From the NCBI GenBank assembly GCA_030611385.1, contig JAUWPV010000001.1, positions 5,217 to 69,216 on the forward strand: a DNA stretch of 64,000 bases, read 5' to 3'. The position numbers were made by a program, and so were the translations under genes. Position 1 is the first letter of the stretch, and each line of letters starts with the position of its first letter. The notes beneath the pieces were generated by a model. That model was not told the origin of the DNA, did no database searches, and saw only the letters and a program-made list of their open reading frames with translations. This stretch comes from Bacillota bacterium. Lineage in GTDB: Bacteria > Bacillota > Dethiobacteria > DTU022. Shown in pieces: positions 10,847 through 21,979 of this stretch.

Positions 10847-11449
10847 TTATTTAAAGAGTGCTGCTGCTACTTCAGGCTCTAATCGATCCCTTTTCATCTC
10901 CAGCAGAGATTCAAAGGAACAGTTAATCTCGACACCTTCCGCCTGAAGAATAAAACCACCGCGAATGTCTCTGGTATCCGCCGACAGTTTAAGCTCACCC
11001 TTTTTACCTTGCTTCACAAGGGTTTCATTGATCTCTTTCCAAAAAACGGCCGGAATCCTGCCCTGATCTATTGCAGAGCCGAGTACAGTTTCCGTGCCTG
11101 TCTCCACCAATTTGAGAATCAGATCACGGATTGTGGCAAGATATACACGTTCATCCATATCGACAAGTTGATCCAGAGATTTTTGGAAAACCTCGCTGAT
11201 CAGCTCCTGTTTTGCAGCAAGCAATTCTTTGCGAGCTTCAAGCTGGGCCACCCCAATAATGCGCCGTTTCTGCTCTTCGGCTTCTTTACAAGCTTTTTCA
11301 AGGATTTGCTCCTTTTTACGGGCAGCCTTTTGTTTCGCTTCATTTTCAACTGCAGTAGATTTTTCTTTAGCGGCAGTTTTAATTGCCACTGCCTTAGAAT
11401 TCGCATCACCCAGAATTCGCCGGATAATTCTTTCCGCTCCCTCTCCCAT
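10847..11449 (-). CDS. ntpE: V-type ATP synthase subunit E. The real start is 11449, not the ORF-track start at 11578.
   Basis: An internal ATG is preceded by an AAGGAG RBS (minus strand AAGGAGTGAGGAGTATG) immediately after the K stop. The product, MGEGAERIIRRILGDANSKA..., is a charged coiled-coil peripheral-stalk-like protein of about 200 aa. Confidence 0.8.
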   Translation of the reverse strand: MGEGAERIIRRILGDANSKAVAIKTAAKEKSTAVENEAKQKAARKKEQILEKACKEAEEQKRRIIGVAQLEARKELLAAKQELISEVFQKSLDQLVDMDERVYLATIRDLILKLVETGTETVLGSAIDQGRIPAVFWKEINETLVKQGKKGELKLSADTRDIRGGFILQAEGVEINCSFESLLEMKRDRLEPEVAAALFK

Positions 11450-11462
11450 ACTCCTCACTCCT

Positions 11463-11936
<474 letters not shown>

Positions 11937-12049
11937 TTAAAGCCTCCCTTTTTGTTCAAAAAATAACACTATCCAGACATTCAGAAATCGAAATACCCCA
12001 ATTACTTGTTTAATGTTAGCTGTTGACACCTGAATTCTGTCTTTTGCCG

Positions 12050-14005
12050 TTACAATGCTTTTTCTGTTTCGATCACATCAACATAGCTGGTTTTTACAGT
12101 GAAGGGATTAAACGCCTTGCCACCGCCTTCAAAAAATTTACCAAAAAATTCAATGTACTGCAATCGGCTGGTGTGTACATAAGAACCGAGGGTGCTGATA
12201 ACAATGTTGAAGAGGTGCCCTCCGAATAAAACAATAACCATGATCGCTGTGCCGACAAAACCGCCGGCAACCATTCCGCCCATTGAATTAATAGCAGAAG
12301 CAATAACTCCGGTCGCCAGGCCGAGAGCAAGCAAACGAGAGTAGGATAAAACATCACTGAGATATCCGGTGATATTATAAAGGCTTAGTAAACCACTCAT
12401 AAATTTTTTAACAATACCCTGTTGAGTGCGTCCCTGGGTAAGGATTAAACCAGCTGCGCCTCCGATGGCAAACAGGCGGCCAAAAGCGGAGAATTCGGGC
12501 AACAGCAGCAGGATCAGACCGTTTAAAAATATAAACCAGAAACCCTGATCAAATATAGCGCTTAATAGATGGCCTGCCTTAAAATTACGGTATGCCTGCA
12601 GAGCCATTCCAAAGTAGACGTGAATCAAACCGATACCAAAGCAGTAAAACAGCATCCGCATCGGATCCTCAAGTGGGTCGAACCAGAGAGCCGGCAGCCC
12701 AATCAGGTCACCGAAATAGCTGCCGAAGAGTACCCCGAAGAATATCGCGGAGAGTCCGCCCAGAAACAACAGGTTCACCAGCTGTTTACCCATGCCTGCC
12801 AGTTTCAGTTTTCGTGAAACAAAGAGGGCCAACAGGGCAAGAATAACTCCATACCCGGCATCAGAAAGGCAGATCCCAAAAAAGACGAAGAAGAACGGGG
12901 CCATGAATGGAGTTGGATCAATTTCACTCTTTCTGGGGGTACTGTAAAGTTTTGTGACAACTTCATAAGCTTCAATCGGCCCGCTGTTATGCAGCAGCAC
13001 AGGAACATCTTCACCCGGTCTGGGATCCCGTACCGCCAGGACTGCAGTATCTGTTTTTTCAGCTATGGTCATCTCCAGATCGTTAAGAACAGGGACCGGT
13101 ACCCACCCTTCAAGTAAAAAACTATTCTCGGTTCGGGCCAGGTTCGATACAGCTTCATGTTTCTTAAGTTCATTATCCATATGATCATAGCAGGCCATCA
13201 GCATTGGCCGATGTTCAAGCAGCAACTCAATCTCTTTTAAAACGGCAACACGTTCTTCAATAACTGATTCGAGCTTCTGGTGCAATGATTCGATGTTTTC
13301 AGCTGCTGTTCCAGTTAAGGCAGTAAAAGCCGCCCTTGTAACAGCTTTCTCTTTAAAAAAATTCTGCACGGTCTCAAGCTCAGCGGCCAAGCCGGTAAAG
13401 AAGAAGTAAACAAATTCTTTATCGGTAAAGATCATTTCAAGATGATGGGCAGATAAATTTTCTTCAAGAGAGGCCATAAGGGTAGATAGATTTTCGGGAA
13501 TAACGGTATAAAGATCCATCGAAACAAAAGAGCCATTCCGGATCTGTTCCAAAGACAGATCAAGAGCAACCCATGGGGTTAATTCTTCAATCAGGTTGTT
13601 GAACTGAGTCTCCTCATTACGAATACGGGCAAGATCATCATCAGCTTTACGGCAGGAGCTGTAAGTCGACCTGGCTAAATCCAGACTATTGATGTATCCT
13701 GAATATTTTTCAGGTGTCAGTTCAAGCTTGGCTCCGGTAAATTGCTGGACAAAATTTTTACGAACCGGAAAATGTCGCTGGAAAAAATCAAGGCAATAAC
13801 GAATGTCGCTAAGCCTGGCGTCTACCTGGGCAGCAGCTTCGTCAGGCTGGTCCGGTTCAAGCAGTGCTTCAAACTCATTCCAGGCATCACCGGATTTCAT
13901 ATCAAGCAGATGGACACTGCCCAGTTTATGTAAAAGATTAAAAATGCTATCTCTTTCCTGCCGGTGCCCCAGCAGGAAGACTTTCTTCATCTCAATTATC
14001 GGCAT
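12050..14005 (-). CDS. ntpI: V-type ATP synthase subunit I (a-subunit, 116-kDa homolog)
   Basis: 651 aa. The N-terminal cytoplasmic domain MPIIEMKKVFLLGHRQERDSIFNLLHKLGSVHL is followed by a multi-TM C-terminal domain. Confidence 0.9.
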   Translation of the reverse strand: MPIIEMKKVFLLGHRQERDSIFNLLHKLGSVHLLDMKSGDAWNEFEALLEPDQPDEAAAQVDARLSDIRYCLDFFQRHFPVRKNFVQQFTGAKLELTPEKYSGYINSLDLARSTYSSCRKADDDLARIRNEETQFNNLIEELTPWVALDLSLEQIRNGSFVSMDLYTVIPENLSTLMASLEENLSAHHLEMIFTDKEFVYFFFTGLAAELETVQNFFKEKAVTRAAFTALTGTAAENIESLHQKLESVIEERVAVLKEIELLLEHRPMLMACYDHMDNELKKHEAVSNLARTENSFLLEGWVPVPVLNDLEMTIAEKTDTAVLAVRDPRPGEDVPVLLHNSGPIEAYEVVTKLYSTPRKSEIDPTPFMAPFFFVFFGICLSDAGYGVILALLALFVSRKLKLAGMGKQLVNLLFLGGLSAIFFGVLFGSYFGDLIGLPALWFDPLEDPMRMLFYCFGIGLIHVYFGMALQAYRNFKAGHLLSAIFDQGFWFIFLNGLILLLLPEFSAFGRLFAIGGAAGLILTQGRTQQGIVKKFMSGLLSLYNITGYLSDVLSYSRLLALGLATGVIASAINSMGGMVAGGFVGTAIMVIVLFGGHLFNIVISTLGSYVHTSRLQYIEFFGKFFEGGGKAFNPFTVKTSYVDVIETEKAL

Positions 14006-14318
14006 AGATATTTACAACCTTTTCTGTAATCACTGCTACTACTTCAGACAGACGACCGGAAGCTTCTTTTTTTAACCGGACAATCTCCTGTTGTCGCTCT
14101 TCAATTAGCGGCACTGCTTCAGATCTGGCATCGTCCTCGGCTTTTCTGATCAGATCTTTAGCTTTTTTTTCTGCTTCAGCGAGCGCTTTCTGCATAATTA
14201 CGGTTGCCTTAACTTCGGCATCTTTCTGGGTCTGACGCGCTTCCTGCTTAGCTTCCCGAACAATCGCTTCGGCCTTTACTTCAGCTTCCTTTATTGCTTT
14301 GACCAGTTCAACCGTCAA
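13992..14318 (-). CDS. ntpG: V-type ATP synthase subunit G/H (small charged stalk subunit)
   Basis: 108 aa, highly charged Ala/Glu/Lys coiled-coil. It is the first gene of the operon and overlaps the I start. Confidence 0.65.
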   Translation of the reverse strand: MTVELVKAIKEAEVKAEAIVREAKQEARQTQKDAEVKATVIMQKALAEAEKKAKDLIRKAEDDARSEAVPLIEERQQEIVRLKKEASGRLSEVVAVITEKVVNIYADN

Positions 14319-14400
14319 CGAATCTTCACCGCCTGTATCTATTTATAGTCTTTGATAGATCAGTTATTATAAATATATGGCCGTGCGCAGCCAGAAAATA

Positions 14401-14853
14401 TTATACTATAAAAACAACTTCGATACCCGCTTCCGCAAAAAGATCTTTAGATAACGCATCCGGATAATTTTCAGATAATACCAGTGATCTGACCCCTGCA
14501 TTAACCAACATTTTTGCGCATAGAGCACAGGGATAGTGGGTACTGTATAATACAGCATCCTTAATAGCCACCCCATGGATAGCGGCCTGAATAATAGCGT
14601 TTTGCTCGGCGTGAAGGCCGCGGCACAGCTCGTGTCTTTCCCCTGAAGGAACTTTCATTCGTTCTCTGACACAACCAACCTCCAGGCAGTGACGTAAACC
14701 ACTCGGAGCCCCATTATAGCCTGTGGCTAATATTCTTTTATTCAGCACAAGCAACGCCCCAACCTGGCGTCGCATACATGTTGAACGCGTAGCAACCACA
14801 AAAGCGATCTGCATAAAATAGTGATCCCAATCTGGACGATCAATCAAGAGCAT
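14401..14853 (-). CDS. Deoxycytidylate (dCMP) deaminase, CMP/dCMP deaminase zinc-binding family (ComEB-like)
   Basis: HAEQNAI and [11 protein letters not shown] zinc-binding motifs (H-A-E, P-C-x-x-C). Confidence 0.88.
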   Translation of the reverse strand: MLLIDRPDWDHYFMQIAFVVATRSTCMRRQVGALLVLNKRILATGYNGAPSGLRHCLEVGCVRERMKVPSGERHELCRGLHAEQNAIIQAAIHGVAIKDAVLYSTHYPCALCAKMLVNAGVRSLVLSENYPDALSKDLFAEAGIEVVFIV

Positions 14854-14865
14854 CCCTCTTTTTCA

Positions 14866-15495
14866 TCAGGCGGTACCAAAGAGACGATCTCCGGCATCTC
14901 CGAGTCCCGGCACGATATAAGCATTTTCGTTTAATTTTTCGTCAACTGAAGCCAAGTAGATCTTTACATCCGGATGGCTCTGCATGATTGCCTTGATTCC
15001 TTCTGGCGCGGCTATCAAACTGAGTAGTTTGATCTTTTGTACACCGGCTTTCTTAAGAACGTTGATGGCGTGAGAAGCGGAACCCCCTGTGGCCAGCATC
15101 GGCTCGAGCAAAAAGCAGTCTACGTCATTGATAGCAGGCGGCAGATTGCAGTAATATTCAACCGGAACATGAGTATCGTGATCCCGGTAAAGACCAATGT
15201 GACCAGCGCGGGCATAAGGGAAAAGACGCAGAGCACCTGGTACCATTCCCAGGCCTGCCCTGAGCACAGCAACAAATACCGGAGCCGCTTCACTAATTAC
15301 TCTGCCTTTGCCAGGACCAACAGGCGTAACCAGATCTATTTCGGCTGTAGTAATATCACGGACTGCTTCATAGAGCAGAAGAGCGGTAATTTCCTCCACG
15401 AGATCACGGAATTGCCAGGTTTCGGTTTCGACACGGCGGCATTGAGTTAGTTTGTGCTGAACCAGCGGGTGATCAACAACAACAACATTCTCCAT
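14866..15495 (-). CDS. upp: Uracil phosphoribosyltransferase. ATG at 15495 preferred over the TTG ORF-track start at 15504.
   Basis: MENVVVVDHPLVQHKLT is a classic UPRT N-terminus. An AAGGAG RBS lies 9 nt upstream of this ATG. Confidence 0.9.
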   Translation of the reverse strand: MENVVVVDHPLVQHKLTQCRRVETETWQFRDLVEEITALLLYEAVRDITTAEIDLVTPVGPGKGRVISEAAPVFVAVLRAGLGMVPGALRLFPYARAGHIGLYRDHDTHVPVEYYCNLPPAINDVDCFLLEPMLATGGSASHAINVLKKAGVQKIKLLSLIAAPEGIKAIMQSHPDVKIYLASVDEKLNENAYIVPGLGDAGDRLFGTA

Positions 15496-15519
15496 TTCAA
15501 CCAACTCCTTCTCATTAAA

Positions 15520-16782
15520 TTATTGATACACAGGATATTGCAAACATAAACTACAGGCACGTTGTTTTATATTTTTCAAATGCTCCTGGTCATGACGTCT
15601 GGCCAGCGCTTCATTGATCAGTGCGGCAATCTCCCTCATCTGATCTGGCTCCATCCCGCGTGAAGTGAGTGTCGGTGTCCCCAGCCTGATACCACTGGGA
15701 TCGTTGGCACCTTTAGGATCAAATGGAATTACATTCTTGTTGACCGTTATATTTACTTCCTCAAGAAGAGTTTCTGCTTCTTTGCCGGATATATTTTTAC
15801 TGCGCAGATCCACAAGCACAAGGTGTGTATCGGTTCCACCGGTAAGCAGATCAAAACCGTGCCCGATCAGGGCTTCAGCCAGGACAGAAGCGTTGGCCGT
15901 TACCATTTTTTGGTAAGGTATATAGCCAGGTAACTGAGCCTCTTTAAAAGCAACTGCTTTTGCAGCAATAATATGCATCAAGGGCCCTCCCTGTAGTCCG
16001 GGAAAAACTGCCTTGTCTATCGCTGAAGCAAATTCTTTTCGACAAAAAATCATCCCGCCGCGAGGGCCGCGAAATGTTTTATGAGTGGTTGCAGTAACAA
16101 TGTCTGCGCTGAAAACCGGATTAGGGTGCACTCCGGCGGCAATCAGCCCTGCTGTATGAGCCATATCGACCATAAAAAGGGCCCCTGTTTCCCGGGCAAT
16201 ATCTTTGAATCCTTCATAATCGATACATCTTGGATATGAACTTGCGCCGGCTATGATTAATTTCGGTTTTATTTGATGAGCTTTTTCCCTTACCTCTTCA
16301 AGGTTAATCATGCAGGTTTTTTGATCAACACCATAACTGAATGCATGGTAATATTTGCCGGATATATTAACTTTGCTACCGTGAGTCAGATGCCCCCCGT
16401 GGCTGAGATCCATCCCCAGAATTCTATCTCCGGGTTTTAATAGGGCAAGGTAAACTGCCATGTTGGCCGAAGTACCGGAGTGGGGCTGTACATTGACATG
16501 CTCCGCTTTAAAAAGTTCTTTCGCCCTCCCGCAGGCCAACTCTTCAACCCGATCCGCACAAGAACAACCGCCGTAATAACGTGCACCAGCATAACCTTCT
16601 GCATACTTATTGGTCAATATGGAACCCTGTGCCTCCAAGACAGCTTTACTAACCAAGTTTTCTGATGCAATCATAACCAGGTTGTCCTGCTGTCGTTTCT
16701 GCTCATCGGTAATGGCAGATGATATTTCCGGATCTACATTTTGTAACGACTCTTTACTTGTTGTAAGTAATACCTTATCCAT
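15520..16782 (-). CDS. glyA: Serine hydroxymethyltransferase
   Basis: 420 aa with the PLP-lysine region [12 protein letters not shown] and N-terminal [16 protein letters not shown]. Confidence 0.95.
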   Translation of the reverse strand: MDKVLLTTSKESLQNVDPEISSAITDEQKRQQDNLVMIASENLVSKAVLEAQGSILTNKYAEGYAGARYYGGCSCADRVEELACGRAKELFKAEHVNVQPHSGTSANMAVYLALLKPGDRILGMDLSHGGHLTHGSKVNISGKYYHAFSYGVDQKTCMINLEEVREKAHQIKPKLIIAGASSYPRCIDYEGFKDIARETGALFMVDMAHTAGLIAAGVHPNPVFSADIVTATTHKTFRGPRGGMIFCRKEFASAIDKAVFPGLQGGPLMHIIAAKAVAFKEAQLPGYIPYQKMVTANASVLAEALIGHGFDLLTGGTDTHLVLVDLRSKNISGKEAETLLEEVNITVNKNVIPFDPKGANDPSGIRLGTPTLTSRGMEPDQMREIAALINEALARRHDQEHLKNIKQRACSLCLQYPVYQ

Positions 16783-16815
16783 GCTACGCTTTCAACTCCA
16801 TTTTCTTTGGTTGTT

Positions 16816-17262
16816 TTAACCAGGATTATTTTCTATTGATGTAATTTTATCCAGCCGCCGCATGTGCCTGCCGCTTTCAAAAGATGTATCTAAAAAAGCA
16901 GCGACAATATCCACTGCCAGGCCAGGCCCGATGACCCGGGATCCCATTGTCAGGATGTTTGCATCATTGTGTTTCCTGGCGCAACGGGCTGAATAGGTTT
17001 CACTGCATAGGGCTGCCCTGATCTCTTTATACTTGTTTGCCGCAATAGACATACCAATCCCTGTGCCGCAGATTAGTATCCCACAGCTGCATTCTCCGGA
17101 AAGTACAGCTTTAGCCACCAGCGTTGCTATATCAGGATAATCAGCGATTTCATCAGAAAACACACCATAGTCTTTATAAGATCTATTGGCAGTTTTAAGA
17201 TACTCTGCAATATTATTTTTCAGTTGGAACCCGGCATGATCGCTACCCAGGGCTATATTCAT
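16816..17262 (-). CDS. rpiB: Ribose-5-phosphate isomerase B
   Basis: MNIALGSDHAGFQLK and overall RpiB/LacAB features; 148 aa. Confidence 0.9.
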   Translation of the reverse strand: MNIALGSDHAGFQLKNNIAEYLKTANRSYKDYGVFSDEIADYPDIATLVAKAVLSGECSCGILICGTGIGMSIAANKYKEIRAALCSETYSARCARKHNDANILTMGSRVIGPGLAVDIVAAFLDTSFESGRHMRRLDKITSIENNPG

Positions 17263-17732
17263 TCTGCACAGCCCTCCTTAAACTTAAGAATTATCTTCTT
17301 TATGCTGACCTTTATTTCCTCTAAAACACAACAATATATTTCCAGATCTGTACCCAGCGGATCCTCAATATCGCTGCCCGTTTGTGTCTCTTCTGCAAAT
17401 TCTTTGAGAATATATGTTTTATTTACAGCATGTGGGAAGCGGGAGAGCAGCTGCCGGCGGTGGACGCCAGTCATCACCAGAACCAGATCGGTATTATCGA
17501 TCATTTTAAGGTCGACGTTGGTCGCATAGTGATTGCTTAAATCAATACCTTTCGTTTTAAAAAGCTGTTGAACAGGTTCGGATGCTCTTTCACCTGTAAA
17601 GGCAGAGAGCCCGGCTGAGGAAACGACGATTTCACAGGGTAATTCAATTTCGGTCAGTTCATGCTTGAAGAGCGCTTCAGCCATTGGGCTGCGACATGTG
17701 TTACCGGTACAGACAAATAGTATTTTCAACAA
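17259..17732 (-). CDS. Low-molecular-weight protein-tyrosine/arginine phosphatase
   Basis: KILFVCTGNTCRSPMAE is the CX5R P-loop of LMW-PTPs. Confidence 0.9.
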   Translation of the reverse strand: MLKILFVCTGNTCRSPMAEALFKHELTEIELPCEIVVSSAGLSAFTGERASEPVQQLFKTKGIDLSNHYATNVDLKMIDNTDLVLVMTGVHRRQLLSRFPHAVNKTYILKEFAEETQTGSDIEDPLGTDLEIYCCVLEEIKVSIKKIILKFKEGCAE

Positions 17733-17749
17733 ACCCGGTCTCCTTATTC

Positions 17750-18793
17750 CTACACTTTCAATATCCTGGTAGCAGCTTTTCTGAGGCGGTTCATAACAGC
17801 CAGGCCAAGACCCTGAATCTCTGTTTCTTCGGCCAGAATCAAATCCACGTCCCGGTGATCCATCTGTCTGAGAGAATCATAAAGATGAGCTGCGAGCATT
17901 TCAGGGCCTGCCTTCAAGGGCATATACTCCTGAATAGCAGAGTTCAACAAACCCACCGATAAACCCTGCCGACGATAGCTTTCAACAATTGATTCGATAA
18001 GCAGTAAACGTCTTTTCGCCGGGCCAGCAATTAAAACCAGTGGTGCCTGGGGTGAATAATGACGATACTTCATGCCCGGTGAATGCGGTATGCCGGATAC
18101 TTTATTTAAACCCAATATGGGCACCCGGCAATTTAAAACCGCTTCCAGTTCCTCGCGGGAAACACCGCCTGGCCTGAGAATAACCGGCCTGGGGCCGGTT
18201 AAATCGAGAACGGTTGACTCTAAACCAATCGGACAGGTGTCACTCCTGATTACAGCATCAATGCGACCAGCCAGATCTTCCAATACATGTCTGAATGAAG
18301 TAGGGCTTGGCCTACCGGAACGGTTCGCGCTCGGTGCAGCAATCGGTACTTTGGCAGCACGAATCAGATCAAGGGCAACCTGATGATCAGGCATACGCAC
18401 TGCGACTGTTGGAAGCCCTGCACTGACCACCGCCGGTATCTTATCAGCTCGTGGTAAAATCAGACTGAGCGGGCCTGGCCAAAAGTGCTCTGCCAGCATG
18501 AACGCCCTGGTTGAAATAGTTTTCACAACAGCATTTAACTGTTCGATGTCGGCAATGTGCACAATTAGAGGGTTATCGGAGGGTCTTCCTTTTGCCTTAA
18601 ATATCCGCTTAACAGCCTGAGCATCTGTAGCTGCCGCACCCAGGCCATAAACAGTTTCTGTTGGGAAAGCAACCAGTCCGCCGTTTTGAATGATCCTTGC
18701 CGCCCGGATAACAGAAACCTTATCGTCGCCAAGCAGCAATGTTCCTTTGTTCCTCAATATTGAATGAGACATAAGCTGTCCTCTTCTTTCCAA
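17750..18793 (-). CDS. tsaC: L-threonylcarbamoyladenylate synthase (Sua5/YwlC/TsaC family, long form with Sua5 C-domain)
   Basis: VIRAARIIQNGGLVAFPTETVYGLGA is the YrdC signature; 347 aa. Confidence 0.9.
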   Translation of the reverse strand: MERRGQLMSHSILRNKGTLLLGDDKVSVIRAARIIQNGGLVAFPTETVYGLGAAATDAQAVKRIFKAKGRPSDNPLIVHIADIEQLNAVVKTISTRAFMLAEHFWPGPLSLILPRADKIPAVVSAGLPTVAVRMPDHQVALDLIRAAKVPIAAPSANRSGRPSPTSFRHVLEDLAGRIDAVIRSDTCPIGLESTVLDLTGPRPVILRPGGVSREELEAVLNCRVPILGLNKVSGIPHSPGMKYRHYSPQAPLVLIAGPAKRRLLLIESIVESYRRQGLSVGLLNSAIQEYMPLKAGPEMLAAHLYDSLRQMDHRDVDLILAEETEIQGLGLAVMNRLRKAATRILKV

Positions 18794-18805
18794 TGAATAT
18801 CCTGA

Positions 18806-20407
18806 TTAATCTTCGAGGACAAGGTAGGCAATATTATTAGCATGATCGGCAATCCGCTCTAGATTGCTTAATATGTCGAGGTAGATAACCCCTGCTGACG
18901 GATAGCATTTTTTGGTATTAATTCGATTAATATGCCTTTTACGGAGAGTCTTTTCCTGTTCATCCACCTCATCATCTTCAACAACAATCTTCCGGGCTGA
19001 CTCTTTGTCGTCCTGCTCAAAAGCTTTGATTGATCGCTGCAGCATCGAACTGACCTTGTCATATAAAATGGTTATCTCTTCCAGGGCAGTTACTGAGAAC
19101 GGCAGTCTTTCTTCCGTCTTGGCTTCTGAAAGCTGCATAATATTCTCGGCGTGATCGCCGATTCTCTCAAGATCGTTGGCTGCAGACATGAGCGCTGCAA
19201 CCATTTTCGCTTGTTCTTTGGACAGAGAGTGCTGTGACAGTTCAGCGAGATATATGTTTATCTCCTTTTCCAACCCATCAACCAGTTCTTCCATCTGCTC
19301 GATATGCTTGATTTTTTTCAGATCATTATTCAGGAATACCTGCATCGACTCATCGAGCATTTCCCGGGCAATACCGGCCATGCGTAGCAGCTCTTGTTTG
19401 GTCCCCCCGATAGCTACGGCAGGGGTTTTTAAAATGCGCGGATCAAGGTATTTCGGCCCAAATTCAATTTTTTCATCCTTGCCGGGAATAATATAATTGA
19501 TTAAACGAATAAAATACTTGAAAAAAACTAGAAAGACGATCGTATTGAGGACGTTAAACACGGTATGTGCATTAGCCACCTGCCGGGCTACAGTAGAAGC
19601 CGATTCAATGATGAGTCCCGTAAAAGGTTTAAGAAAGATGAGAGCCAGAGCTACCCCAATTATATTGAAAAGAACATGTGCCAATGCTGCACGGCGTGCC
19701 GTCACATTGGCTCCTATGCTGGCCAGAATCGCCGTAACGCAGGTTCCGATATTGGTTCCCATAACTAATGGAACGGCAGCCTGAAGGGGGATCAAATTCT
19801 GCATGGTCAGGGCAATAATTACACCGGTAACAGCACTGCTGCTTTGAATGAGTGCAGTAAAAGCAGCTCCACAGAGAATGCCCAGAATCGGATATTCGCT
19901 GAATCGCATTAAAATAGCCTGAAATCCATCCAGTTCTTTCAAAGGAATCATTCCGCTGGACATCGTGGTTATGCCGAGAAACAGTAAGCCAAAACCGAGT
20001 AATGTTTGACCTACATAGCGATGAAGACGGCGACGTCCGAAAAAGTTCAGCAAAGAACCGACGCCAATCGTTGGTAAAGCGATCACTCCGATTTTAAATG
20101 ATACAATTTGAGCAGTAACAGTGGTTCCGATATTTGCCCCGATAATTACACTGATCGCCTGGGATAAACTCATCAATCCGGCATTTGCAAAACCAACAAC
20201 CACGACAGTTGAAGTACTGCTGCTCTGTACCAGGAAAGTCACTAATATCCCGGTCAATACGCCCATTATTGGTTTGTTGGTTAAAACCTCAAGAATGCGG
20301 CGAAAGCGATCGCCTGCCGCTTTTTGCATTCCAGAAGCCATGATTTGAATACCGAATAAAAAAAGACCGAGCCCGCCGATGGTACTGAAGGTTATGTTCC
20401 AGAACAA
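18806..20407 (-). CDS. Na+/phosphate cotransporter family protein (NptA-like) with C-terminal PhoU-like domains
   Basis: 533 aa. N-terminal duplicated Na/Pi-cotransporter membrane repeats are followed by a soluble helical region with PhoU-like repeats (ERIGDHAENI, ERIADHANNI). Confidence 0.85.
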   Translation of the reverse strand: MFWNITFSTIGGLGLFLFGIQIMASGMQKAAGDRFRRILEVLTNKPIMGVLTGILVTFLVQSSSTSTVVVVGFANAGLMSLSQAISVIIGANIGTTVTAQIVSFKIGVIALPTIGVGSLLNFFGRRRLHRYVGQTLLGFGLLFLGITTMSSGMIPLKELDGFQAILMRFSEYPILGILCGAAFTALIQSSSAVTGVIIALTMQNLIPLQAAVPLVMGTNIGTCVTAILASIGANVTARRAALAHVLFNIIGVALALIFLKPFTGLIIESASTVARQVANAHTVFNVLNTIVFLVFFKYFIRLINYIIPGKDEKIEFGPKYLDPRILKTPAVAIGGTKQELLRMAGIAREMLDESMQVFLNNDLKKIKHIEQMEELVDGLEKEINIYLAELSQHSLSKEQAKMVAALMSAANDLERIGDHAENIMQLSEAKTEERLPFSVTALEEITILYDKVSSMLQRSIKAFEQDDKESARKIVVEDDEVDEQEKTLRKRHINRINTKKCYPSAGVIYLDILSNLERIADHANNIAYLVLED

Positions 20408-20585
20408 TAATTTACCCCTCCGTAAATAAGGCTACCTGCTGTGCAAATATTATAGATCACCCTTAGAATATTATAGAGTACCCCTTTGCATTTTACAATT
20501 CTTTGTTCGTCGTGATCAACTCAAAGCTGGAAGAACAGTTCCTTATGCTATAATCGTAATAACACTTGGAGGAGGCGCAGATTAT

Positions 20586-21005
20586 ATGCCTGGGCTAATT
20601 CGTTTCGGTATATCAATGGAAAGAAAACTATTGGAACGCCTGGATCAGGAGATCGTTAAACACGGTTACCCCAATCGATCAGAAGCAATCAGAGACTTAA
20701 TCCGCAACCAGCTTGTTGAACTCGACTGGTCGCAGGATGAAGAAGAAGTTACCGGGACGATTACGATAATCTACAACCATCACTTCCGGGGTTTAAGTGA
20801 CCTGCTGCTGCAACTGCAGCATGATCATCACACTATGATTATTTCAGTTATGCACGTGCATCTGGAGCATGATCACTGCCTGGAGGTTATGGTGATCAAG
20901 GGCCCGGCATCTGAAGCAAAAGGGCTGGCCGGGCAGCTGATCGGCGTAAAAGGGGTTAAGCACGGCAAGCTGACAATAACTTCAACCGGTAAACGCCTTA
21001 ATTAG
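20586..21005 (+). CDS. nikR: Nickel-responsive transcriptional regulator NikR
   Basis: N-terminal ribbon-helix-helix IRFGISMERKLLERLD. C-terminal His/Cys-rich metal-binding domain (HDHHTMIISVMHVHLEHDHCLEV). Confidence 0.85.
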   Translation: MPGLIRFGISMERKLLERLDQEIVKHGYPNRSEAIRDLIRNQLVELDWSQDEEEVTGTITIIYNHHFRGLSDLLLQLQHDHHTMIISVMHVHLEHDHCLEVMVIKGPASEAKGLAGQLIGVKGVKHGKLTITSTGKRLN

Positions 21006-21047
21006 TAAGCTGTCAATAGAAGATCTTCTTTTCCCGTTCCTGATTTC

Positions 21048-21962
21048 TTATTCCTCGGTTATGATTTTGAATTCTGGCTGCTGCAGAACCCCTTCCAGAA
21101 CACGCGGATGACCAGCAAGGTCAAGGCACCAGGTTATTGAGCTGAAAAGGCCGGTGCCTGCGCACAGCGATTCAACTTGTTTTTGTTGGCCGGCACCGCT
21201 TTCAAACAGCATCAGACCGGGTGTTTGAATGTAACCAGACAGACTGTCCAGAATTAGGCGGTAACCGTCCAGGCCTTCTTCTCCCCCATCCAGGGCTTCA
21301 ACAGGTTCAAACTCCTTTACTTCTTTCGGCAGTTTGGCCATCTCTTCACGACTCAGATATGGTGGATTAGAAATAATCAGGTTAAAATGCGGCTTTGGCC
21401 TGATTTCACGCAGAGCATCAAAGTAGCTGCCCCTGTACCAGTTTATTCTCTCGTCAACATTATGATCTTTCGCATTTAATTTTGCCACCTGCAAAGCAGC
21501 CTCGCTATAATCAACCGCCCAGATGGTAGCCCCGGGCAGCATTAGAGCCAGAGTAACAGCCAGGATCCCGCTGCCTGTACCCAGATCAATACAGGTGATT
21601 CTGTGATTATTTTGACGATGCCACCGCTCAGTCCACCGCATAGCACATTCTATAATCAGTTCGGTTTCGGGCCTCGGTATTAATACGTTACTGTTTACAA
21701 AAAAGCGGAAGCCGTAAAAATACTTTTCGCCGGTTATATAAGCCAGCGGCTCTCCGTAAGATCTCCTGTGTACATATTCCTGAAATACAGTATCAATTTC
21801 TGGAGATATTTCACCGGTACGGTTCAGAAACAACTGCAACCGATCAATCTGCATCAAGTGAGAAAGCAGTATTTCCGCTTCAGCACGGGGCTGCTCCACT
21901 CCAGCATTCTGCAAGCAAAAAGAAGCTCTATTCAGAGCTTCTTCAATCTTCTTAAGCATCAC
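21048..21962 (-). CDS. prmC: Release factor glutamine N5-methyltransferase PrmC/HemK
   Basis: NPPY catalytic motif (IISNPPYL), a DLGTGSG SAM-binding motif, and a position directly downstream of prfA. Confidence 0.9.
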   Translation of the reverse strand: MMLKKIEEALNRASFCLQNAGVEQPRAEAEILLSHLMQIDRLQLFLNRTGEISPEIDTVFQEYVHRRSYGEPLAYITGEKYFYGFRFFVNSNVLIPRPETELIIECAMRWTERWHRQNNHRITCIDLGTGSGILAVTLALMLPGATIWAVDYSEAALQVAKLNAKDHNVDERINWYRGSYFDALREIRPKPHFNLIISNPPYLSREEMAKLPKEVKEFEPVEALDGGEEGLDGYRLILDSLSGYIQTPGLMLFESGAGQQKQVESLCAGTGLFSSITWCLDLAGHPRVLEGVLQQPEFKIITEE

Positions 21963-21979
21963 CGGTTTTGTTCACCTTT

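Noticed and set aside
21006-21047. GAAGATCTTC palindrome between convergent nikR and prmC, as a possible bidirectional terminator
   Set aside because: It has only a 4-5 bp effective stem with a minimal loop and a short T-run. That is too weak to call a terminator with confidence.
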